32,497 nucleotides of DNA, from positions 6,344,037-6,376,533 of the forward strand of contig NC_057756.1 in assembly GCF_004010195.1 (NCBI RefSeq), written 5' to 3'. The notes below the pieces were generated by a model that saw only the letters and a program-made list of their open reading frames with translations, did not search any database and was not told the DNA's origin. The DNA comes from Chiloscyllium plagiosum. Its lineage: Eukaryota. Shown in pieces: positions 23,595-32,497 of the stretch (within the stretch, counting starts at the first letter, position 1; every line of letters starts with the position of its first letter). Position numbers and translations under genes: made by a program.

Positions 23595-24030
23595 AGTCTT
23601 TGGGTCATCTCCACAAAAAGCAGGACAGGATCCAACCCGGCCAATTACCGCCCCAATCATCAGTAAAGTACAGGAATGCAGAACTATCAAGTAGCAACTG
23701 CTCAGCAATAACCTGTGTATACCGTCTCCAAGCTGCATTGCTAATATTCACTGAGATACCTTCCAGACCCACAACCAATACCATATGGACACACAAGGGC
23801 AGCAGCTACATGGGCAGAGTACCTACCAGAAGTTCCCTTCTGAGCCACTCACCATCCTAATCTGGAAATATATCACTGTTCCTTCAGTGTTGAAACCCTT
23901 GAATTCTCTTGCAAAGAATATTGTACTATTGGTTGACCCACATGGACTCCAGCAGTTGAAGAAAGGACCTCAGCAATGGTTAAGAAATGCTGGCCCAGCC
24001 AGAGCCACACACATAGATCTTGTGAAGGAA
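23595..24030 (+). mobile_element. Heavily deleted family B LINE fragment
   Basis: HKKQDRSNPANYRP followed by family B 3' end motifs (ctcaccatcctaatctggaaatatatcactgttccttca). Confidence 0.7.
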
Positions 24031-24177
24031 TATACAAGTACTCCGCTCTGAGTTTGGCATCCAACATGATGAGCAGGAGTAACAGACAATTCGTCCCCGG
24101 TCTGTATTCAGCTAACATGATGCCATAACTGGTGTCGTGTAGGGCAAAAATGGCAAGGGAAGAGGCGGGACCTCATT

Positions 24178-24431
24178 NNNNNNNNNNNNNNNNNNNNNNN
24201 NNNNNNNNNNNNNNNNNNNNNNNNNNNNNNNNNNNNNNNNNNNNNNNNNNNNNNNNNNNNNNNNNNNNNNNNNNNNNNNNNNNNNNNNNNNNNNNNNNNN
24301 NNNNNNNNNNNNNNNNNNNNNNNNNNNNNNNNNNNNNNNNNNNNNNNNNNNNNNNNNNNNNNNNNNNNNNNNNNNNNNNNNNNNNNNNNNNNNNNNNNNN
24401 NNNNNNNNNNNNNNNNNNNNNNNNNNNNNNN
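24178..24431. other. Assembly gap, 254 N, probably hiding an A2M exon
   Basis: Run of N; the minus-strand flank ends ttctgcctctgcttcctaca[N]. Confidence 0.95.
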
Positions 24432-24584
24432 TGTAGGAAGCAGAGGCAGAAATGTACTGAACAATTTCAGATATTCCTCATATACCACAAGACATGAGAG
24501 GAGAAATTAGGCCATTCAGCCCATCTGATAGTGTGGCACTCACTCAATATTGACTCTCTTACAATGCAGGTATCCCCAGACTGG

Positions 24585-24960
24585 TGCGCTGACAGTGTAG
24601 CACTCCCTCAGTACTGACCCTCTGACAGTGTGGCACTCCCTCAGTACTGACTGTCTGACAGTGTGGCACTCCCTCAGTACTGACCCTCTGACAGTGTGGC
24701 ACTCCCTCAGTACTGACTGTCTGACAGTGTGGCACTCCCTCAGTACTGACCCACTGATAATGCGGCACTCCCTCAGTACTGACCCTCTGACAGTATGGCA
24801 TTCCTCAGGTGACAATGCGGCATTCCCTCAGCACTGACTCTCAAATGGTGCAGTACTCCCTCAGTGCTGATAAACCAATGGCCTAGCGCTCCCTCAGTAC
24901 GAACTATCTGACAGTGTAGTACTCCCTCAGTACTGACCCTCCATCTATGCAGTACTGAGT
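24585..24960. repeat. 33-bp minisatellite
   Basis: ctgacagtgtggcactccctcagtactgac(cct/tgt) units start at 24622, 24655, 24688, 24721, 24754 and 24787; degenerate relatives at 7380-7455. Confidence 0.92.
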
Positions 24961-25379
24961 AACTACTTCTCCAACAACCCTTTCTACTCAGTAACTGCCT
25001 ATATCCGGACACTGCGACTGATCTCAGTAACCTCTCCACCACCAACAACTCTTCCTAGTCTGTAACCTCCTTAATGCCTGACACTGCAATCGATCTCAGT
25101 AACCTCCTCTAGAACCTGCCTCTGTTATGTCATATCGCCCTAAAGCTGAATATCCTTTATCCACTACAGCCCCATATATCTGTCACGTCCTCCTGCCCCT
25201 ACCCTCCTCCATTTCTTTACAACCTATTCTTGTGCTACCTTCTCCTAGCTCTTACACAGCTTCCTGCCTGACACCTCCCCCAGCATCTACACCTTACTAC
25301 AAATCTACAATGCAATCTAGATCCTAGGACTTCATCTAGGACAAAGAACTCTCCCTATCACTGTCACCTCATCCAGCAT

Positions 25380-26820
25380 CGACACCCTTCCCTACTTATC
25401 CAATATTTCTCCTGATTTCTATAAGTTCCTCCTGTCACCCACCATATCCCTATAAAATTCTCCAGACCCTGCCACATTTCCAAACTCTTTAGCCTCCTCT
25501 ATCCCTATCCATCTTCCATTCACTGTAACCTACTCCATCTCCTACACCCCATAATGTCTTCGTAACATCCTCCTGTCACTGCAACATTCTCCAACTCTAT
25601 AATTTTTTCTATCCCCTATCCATCTTCCCTTCTCTGTAACTGTCCCAACCCCCTACAACTGGCATGGTGGCACATTCGGGCAGCACGGTGACACAGTGGT
25701 TAGCACTGCTGCCTCCCTGTGCCAGAGACAACTCCCGCCTCAGGCAACTTCTGCGTGGAGTTTGCAAATTCTCCCCGTGTCTGTGTGGGTTTCCTCCGGG
25801 TGCTCCAGTTTCCTCCCACAGTCCAAAAAATGTGCAGGTTAGGTGAATTGGCCATGCTAAATTGCCCGTAGTGTTAGGTGAACTGTGTAGTAACTGGAGG
25901 AGATAGTAGTGAAAGGCAAAGTTGTAAGGATTGGAGGAGTTACAGAGATTTGAAGATGTCTGAAGATTGGAGAAGATTACAGAGATAGGGTGTTCCAGGG
26001 GCTGGAGGTGGGGAATGTAGTCTGGATGGGTTGCTCTTCGAAGGGTCGGTGTGAACTTGTTGGGCCGAAGGGCCTGTTTCCGCACTATAAGTAATCTAAA
26101 AAATCCTCCCTATCTCTGAAACCACCTCCAGCCCCTGGAACACCCTATCTCTGTAATTTTCTTCAGTCTTCAGACATCTTCAAATCTCTGTAATTTCTCC
26201 AATTCTTACAATCCTGCCTATCACTATTATCTCTTCCAGTTACTACACACCTCCCTTCCTTTGTAAAATCCTCCAGTGCCTGCAACACATCCTTTCTTTA
26301 TAACTATCTCTTTCCAGTTCCAACACTCCTCATTGTTTCTGTGATTTCCTCCAGTCCCTATAACAACCCACATTTCTTTCACCTCCCTCAACTTCTCCAA
26401 ACCTTCCTATCCTTGTCGCCTCCTCTAGTCCCTGCGAACTTCCCTCCAGATAACCTCCACCAGTACCTGCACACTTCTTTATCTGTGTATCCTCTTCCAA
26501 TCTTTAAATTCTGCCCTACATGCATAACTTCTTCTGAACCCTGCATCATTACCCTTCTGTAGCGTCTTCTAGCCCCTCCATCACTCACTATCTCTGTATC
26601 CTGTTCCAGTCCCTGCCCCAGGCCTTTCTCTGTAATCCTTCCCCAATCCCTACTAACTCTCTCTATCTCTGTAACCTCCTCTGTCCCCTATACCCCTCCC
26701 CATTTCCATAACCTCCTTCAGTCCCTTCAGCCATCACTATCTCTGTATATTCTTCTTGCCCCTGCACATTTCCCAATCTCGGTAACCTCCTCCAGATCCA
26801 ATTTCCTGCGCGATTCTCCA
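25380..26820. repeat. Degenerate C/T-rich tandem array of ctatctctgtaacctcctccagcccctacaaccc-like units
   Basis: Recurring tatctctgtaa..ctcc motifs throughout; interrupted by a SINE. Confidence 0.7.
25678..26098 (+). mobile_element. HE1-like SINE with a 128-bp internal insertion
   Basis: gggcagcacggtgacacagtggttagc head (partial duplicate head at 25661-25674) and gggccgaagggcctgtttcc..taatct tail; foreign segment at 25884-26011. Confidence 0.88.
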
Positions 26821-26884
26821 AACCCAGCCTGTGTGCACCACCCCAGCCCGAACTCTGGGACTCTCCCAAATCCAGCAGATTTAC

Positions 26885-27053
26885 CTGACAGGGACAAGAT
26901 CCCAAATCCATGTCTCGGGAAAGTATTTTCGGATTTCGATGATGCGTCTGGGTGGTTGAATTTTGTTAGCTTCAATGTTGATGTTGAGTTCGTTAGACGC
27001 GTCTAACATTTCCTCTGCTATTACTGACATTTCATCCATTTCCAAGTAGTCTG
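26885..27053 (-). CDS. A2M: Alpha-2-macroglobulin-family exon: bait-region C-terminal part and FPETWIW motif (169 or 166 bp, phase 1 to 2)
   Basis: tactttCAGCAG acceptor and gtaaat donor; encodes DYLEMDEMSVIAEEMLDASNELNINIEANKIQPPRRIIEIRKYFPETWIWDLVPV, compared with human A2M TVRKYFPETWIWDLVVV. Confidence 0.93.
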
Positions 27054-27086
27054 CTGAAAGTATAGGAACGGACAGCAATTGTTTAG

Positions 27087-27150
27087 CAAAACATCGAGGG
27101 CTGATGGGCCTGTACTGTGCTAGACTGTTCTATGTTCCATGTTCTATGTT
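27087..27150 (+). mobile_element. Tiny CR1 3' tail
   Basis: aacatcgagggctgatgggcctgtactgtgc..gttctatgttccatgttctatgtt, the same family of tail as 8205-8268. Confidence 0.75.
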
Positions 27151-27344
27151 CAAAAGGTCATAGTTACACACTGAGGAGGTGATGAGTCCCATATTTTGGG
27201 GGTGACCAAGAGTGTTTTTAAAATTTATTCGGAGAATGATGTGGAGTCGAGGTTCATAGTTTGGGGAATGTGATGGGATCCACCGTTGGTGTGAGTCAGA
27301 GGGGGTCTCTTTTTTCTATCTCTGTAATGCATTCAGGGAATGAA

Positions 27345-27965
27345 TAAGTCACCGGCTGGACCAGCACATGTCTTTGGTTGCCCCTTGAGAAGGTGGTGGT
27401 GATCTGCCTTCTTGAAGCTGCCGTCCATGCACTGTGGGTAGACAATGCCTGGAGGGAAGGAACTCTAGGATTTTGACCCAGTGACATTGAAGGAATGGTG
27501 ATATATTTCCAAATCAGCGAGCAGCTTTGAGGGGAACTTGCATGGGATGGTGTTCCCTTTTCTTCAAACTGGAAATGCGCATGGGTTTGGAAAGTGGTGT
27601 TTAAGTATCGTTGATGAACTTCCATTAAGCATCTTGTAGACAGTACAAACTGCTGCTCCTGAGCATCGGTGGTGGAAGGAGTGGATATTTGTGGATTTAG
27701 TGCCAATCAAGTGGCTGCTTTGTACTGGATGGTGTTGAGCTCCTTGAGTGTTGTTGGGACTGTACACAGCCAGGCAAGTGGGAAGAATTCCATTGCACTC
27801 CTGACTGTACTCACTGCTGTATTCCAAGCCTCTGACCTGCTCTTGCAGCCACTGTATTTCTATGGTGAGCCCAGTGCAATTTCTGATCAATGGGAAACCC
27901 ACAATGGTGAGAGTGTTAATGATGTCATTAAATGACAAGGGGGAGTGGTTCGATTCTCTCATTTG
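27345..27965 (-). mobile_element. Family B LINE 3' part
   Basis: Colinear with 14990-15640 (gaaggtggtggtg..ttccaaatcag..gtgccaatcaagtggctgctttgt). Confidence 0.8.
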
Positions 27966-27974
27966 GGATGTGAT

Positions 27975-28305
27975 GCCGTCAATGTGGATTTCACCAGTTT
28001 CCTCATTTCCCCTGCCCCCACCTCATCGGAGTTCCAAATTTCCAGCTCAGCACTGCACTCACGACCTGTCCCACCTATCCATCTTCCTTCCTACCTACCC
28101 ACTCCGACCTATCACCATTACCCTCACCTCCAAATACCTATTGCACTCTCTACCCACCTTAACCTCAGCCCCACCATCACCCCATTTACTTCACCACCCC
28201 CTCAACTCACAGCCTCATTCCTGATGAAGGGCCTTTGCCCAAAATGTCAATTTGCCAACTCCTCGGATGCTGCCTGACCTGCTGTGCTTTTCCAGCACCA
28301 TACGC
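27975..28305 (+). mobile_element. Penelope-like element 3' fragment
   Basis: VNVDFTSFLISP resembles the end of PLE GIY-YIG ORFs, then a C-rich UTR and the ctgatgaagggc..gctgcctgacctgctgtgc terminus. Confidence 0.7.
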
Positions 28306-28309
28306 TCAA

Positions 28310-29188
28310 CCATCTCCCTCTAAACCCTCCCTATTCATATACCCATCCAGATGTCTTTTAAATGTTGTAAATGTACCAGCCTCCACCACTTCCACTGGCA
28401 GCTCATTCCATACACTCATCACTATTAAAAAGTTGTCGCTTAGGTCCCCTTTATATCTTTTCTCTCACACTCTAAACCTATGCCTCGAGCTCTGGAACCC
28501 ACTGACCCCAGGGAAAAGGCCTTGCCTATTTACCCAATTCATGCCTCTCCTGCTTTGAAACTTCTATAAGATTACCCCTCAGCCCCCAGCACTTCAGGAA
28601 AAACAGCCACACCCTAGTCATCCTCTGCCTATAGCTCAAATCTCCAACCCTGGCAAGATCTTTGTAAATCTTTTCTGAAACGCTTTCAAGTTTCACGACA
28701 TCTTTCCGATAGGAAAGAGACCAGAATTGCACGCAATATTCTAACAGTGGCCTAACCAATGTTCTGTACAGCCGCAACATGACCTCCCAACGCCAATACT
28801 CAATGTTCTAACCAATAAAGAAAAGCATTCTAGATGCCTTCCTCACTATCCTATCTACTTGAGTCTCTACGTTCAAGGAACTATGAACCTGCACTCCAAG
28901 GGCCCTTTGTTTATCAACACTCCCCAGGACCTTACTATTGAGTGTATAAGTCCTGCCCTGATTTGCTTTACCAAAATGCATTCCTCACATTTAACTAAAT
29001 TAAACTCCATCTGCCACTCCTCAGCCCAATGGCCCATCTGATCAAGATCTCGTTGCATTCTGAGGTAACCTTCTTCACTGTCCACTACAACTTCAATTTT
29101 GGTGTAATCTGCAAACTTATTAAGTATGCCTCTCATTTTCACTTCCAAATCATTGATATAAATGACAAAAAGCAGTGGACCCAGCATA
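28310..29188 (-). mobile_element. CR1 RT 3' portion
   Basis: LGPLLFVIYINDL..KFADYTKI, LYRTLVRPLLEYCVQFWS. Confidence 0.9.
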
Positions 29189-29404
29189 GCTTAATGAGTA
29201 AGTAGAAAATGTGATGGGTCACATATTTTTGGGAATGACATGAGGGGATGCATATCCTGTGATGGGAAAAGGAGGAAATGAAGATCCTGGAGTTTTATTG
29301 GCCGGGGATGGGGACAATGAAATGTTTTAACATCTATTTGACTTCCTCCAACTGTTCTACTGAAATCTAGAACAAATAACAATAACAGCCTTCCAAGCCT
29401 GCGT

Positions 29405-31588
29405 TGACATATTTTGCTCCATATTAAAACTGTCTTCACTTATAGGATCTATTTCTCTCTATCCCCTTCCTAGTCTGTATTCATCCGGATGCTTCTTGAA
29501 TGCTGCTACTGTGCCAGCTTCCACCACCTCCTCTGACAGTGTCTTCCAGGCACTCACCACCCTCTGTGTGAAAAACCTGCCTTGCACATTCCTTTTAAAC
29601 TTCACCTTAAACTTCACCCCTCACATTTTAAACCTGTGTCCCTTGGTAATTGACCCTCCACTCTGGGATAAAGCCACATATTTCCCACTCTTTCCATATC
29701 ATTCACACTATTGTAAACCTCTATCAGGTCACCCCTCAACTTCCTGCATTCCCGTGAGAACAAACCCAGTCTATCCAACCTTTCTTCATTGCTAAAATCC
29801 TCCATACCTGGCAACATCCTAGGAAACCTTTTCTGTTGCCTTTCCAAAGCATCCATGTCTTTCTGGGAGCATGGTGACCAGAACTGCAGCAATACTCCAA
29901 GTGTGGCTGAACTAATGTTCTATGAAGCTGCAGTATAACTTGTCTATCCTTATACTCAATGCCCCTTCCAATGAAGATAAGCATGCCATAAGCCTTTTTT
30001 TAGACAATAGACAATAGGTGCAGGAGTAGGCCATTCTGCCCTTTGAGCCTGCACCACCATTCATTATGATCATGGCTGATCATCCTCAATCAGTATCCTG
30101 TTCCTGCCTTATTTCCATAACCCTTGATTCCATTATCCTTGAGAGCTCTATCCAACTCTCTTATCTACCTATGCTGTCACCTTCAATGATTTGTGGATCT
30201 GCACACCCAGATCCCTCTGCATATCGATACTCCTAAGGGGTGTGTCGTTCACTGTATAATTTCCACCTGTACTTGACCTTCCAAAATGCATTACCACACA
30301 CTGGCCAAGATTAAATTCCATCTGCCATTTTTCTGCCCATGCCTCCAATGCATCTATATCCTGATGTATCCTCACTATCAGCAACTCCATCAATCTTTGT
30401 ATCATCCAGAAACATACTAATTAGACCAGCTTTTTTTTCCTCTGAATCATTTATATGGACCACGAACAGCAAGAAGTCCCAGCACTGATCCCTATGGAAC
30501 ACCACTTGTCGCAACCCTCCATTGCTACCCTCTGGCTCCTATAACTGTATCCATCTTACCAGCTCACCCCGATACCATATGAATTCATCTTTTGTACCAG
30601 TCTGCCATGAGGGACCTTGTCAAAGGCTTTACTGAAGTCCGTATAGACAACATCAACTGCTTTTCCCCCATTAATCTTCTTCGTCACTTCCTCAAAAAAT
30701 TAGTGAGACACAATCTCCCCCACACAAAACCATGATCTCTATCATTAATAAGTCTATTGGCTTCGAAATGCATATAGATCTTGTCCCTGAAAATCTTTTC
30801 CAATAATTTAGGACCTTTTAGCCCTTCTAATTCCTTGTTTAGGTCCTTTCCTACTCTCTTTATATACTCCAAAGGCTTCATCAGCTCCCATCCTCCCAGA
30901 CCTTACATATGCTTCTTCTTTTCCTTTTTGACCAAGGTGATCCAAGGTTCACATAATTTCCCATACCTATCCTTCAATCTAGTGCCACTCTAATCAACTT
31001 CTGTTTGAAATACTCCCACATATCTGATGCAGATTTACCCTAAAACAGCCACCTCCAATCAACGTTCTTCACTTCCTGCCCAATACTGTTGTAGTTCACC
31101 TTCCCTAGTTTAACACCTTCACCTAAGAACTGCTGTTATCCCAATCAATAAGTATCTTAAAACTCGTGATATTATGGTCACTCTTCCCAAAATGACCTCC
31201 ACTGAAATTTCACTCACCTGGCCGAGCTCATTTCCCAAAACCAGGTCAAATAATCACACCTTCCCTGGTTGGACTATTTACATACTATGTCAAGAAACCC
31301 TCCTGAATGGTTCTTACAAGTTCTGCCCCATCCAAGACCTCAGCATGTAGTGAGTCCCAGTTAATATAGGAGCAGTTAAAAGCACCCATCACAACCACTG
31401 CTGTTTATACATCTTTCCAAAATCTGTCTATATATTCTCTCCTTGATCTCCCCCTGGCAGTTGGAAGGCCTATAGCATACCTGCAGCATTGTGGTTTCAC
31501 ACCTCCTGTTCCTGAGTTCCACCCAAAATGCCTCGCTGCACAAGTCCTCTAATGTATCCTCCCTCAGTACAGCTGGGAGATACTCATT
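29405..31588 (-). mobile_element. CR1 LINE remnant, inverted paralogue of 10905-14240
   Basis: Translations nearly identical to those at 13292-14018, with the same frameshifts; EN remnants at 31150-31588; internal deletion near 30810. Confidence 0.9.
30001..30156 (-). mobile_element. Young 5'-truncated CR1 tail of another family, inserted in CR1
   Basis: (tagacaa)2 tail, ggagtaggccattctgccc..gatcatggctgatc; absent from the paralogous site at about 13642. Confidence 0.8.
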
Positions 31589-31589
31589 G

Positions 31590-32497
31590 AGTCACAGAGA
31601 TGTATAGCATGGAAACAGACCCTTCGGTCCAACCAGTCCATCCCATCTGCCAGTACCTGGCCCATATCCCTCCAAACCCTTCCTATTCAGTTACCTATCC
31701 AAATGCCTCTTAAATGATGCAATTGTACCAGCCTCCACCACTTCCTCTGGCAGCTCATTCCATACATGGACCACTCTCTGTGCGAAAAAGTTGCCCTTAG
31801 GTCTCTTATATTCTTTCCCTTCTCATCCTAAACCTATGCCCTCCATTTCTGGACTCTTCGACCCCAGGGAAAAGACTTTGCCTATTTACCCTATCCATGC
31901 CCCTCATAATTTTGTAAACCTCTATAAGGTCACCCCTCAGCCTCCAACACTCCGGGGAATACAGACCCAGCCCATTCAGCCTCTCCCTGTAGCTCAAATC
32001 TCCAACCCTGACCACATTCTTGTAAATTCTTTCTGAACCCTTTCAAGTTTCACAATATCCTACCGATAAGAAAGAGACCAGAATTGCATGCAATATTCCA
32101 ACAGCCGCCTAACCAATGTCTTGTACGCTGCAACATGACCTCCGAACTCCTGTACTCAATACTCTGACCAATAAAGGAAAGCATACCAAACGCCTTCTTC
32201 ACTATCCTATCTACCTGTGACTCCACTTTCAAGGAGCCATGAACCTGCACTCCAAGGTCTCTTTGTTCAGCAACACTCCCTTGGACCTTACCATTAAGTG
32301 TACAAGTCCTGCTAAGATTTGCTTTCCCAAAATGCAGCACCTCGCATTTATCTGAATTAAATTCCATCTGCCACTTTTCAGCCCATTGGCCCATCTGGTC
32401 CAGATCCTGTTGTAATCTGAGGTAACCCTCTTCACTGTCCACTACATTTCCAATTTTGGTGTCATCTGCAAACTTACTAACTGTACCTCTTATGCTC
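31590..32497 (-). mobile_element. CR1 RT C-terminus and 3'UTR; runs off the window edge
   Basis: KFADDTKI, LQQDLDQMGQWAEKWQMEFNSDKCEVLHFG, LRGDLIEVYKIMRG; tail acagacccttcggtcc at about 31615-31630. Confidence 0.92.

Noticed and set aside
17303..24497. Long ORFs containing X runs
   Set aside because: They are artefacts of translating through N gaps.
24585..24960. CRISPR-like regular repeats and the repetitive ORFs (RECHTVRGSVL)n
   Set aside because: Units are head-to-tail with no unique spacers, there are no cas genes and the context is eukaryotic. The ORFs arise because 33 is a multiple of 3.
29191..29439. Minus-strand ORF as a possible upstream bait exon
   Set aside because: It has an acceptor-like site but no convincing donor and no GLK.FTN-type motif.

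Overview
This is eukaryotic, repeat-dense genomic DNA. The repeat content (HE1-like tRNA-derived SINEs, many CR1 LINE copies, Penelope-type termini) points to a cartilaginous fish, most likely a shark; this is inferred from the repeat families, not proven. Most of the window is nested, decayed retrotransposons, and almost all supplied ORFs are transposon remnants or noise. The only host gene I can support is part of an alpha-2-macroglobulin-family gene on the minus strand, with three visible exons (26885-27053, 23405-23531, 20008-20129). A fourth exon is required by reading phase and probably lies in the 254-N gap at 24178-24431. The main oddities are: (i) a solo-LTR-like insert whose U3 is one uninterrupted 134-codon frame once a younger SINE is removed; (ii) Penelope termini carrying hammerhead-ribozyme core motifs; (iii) an inverted CR1 pair with an apparent gene-conversion tract, flanking the A2M exons; (iv) a young mini-CR1 with ORF1 fused in frame to the ORF2 tail; (v) a SINE containing an inverted copy of its own flank. 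There is no CRISPR array or prokaryotic system. Repeat boundaries are by eye and approximate unless a TSD or terminus is quoted.
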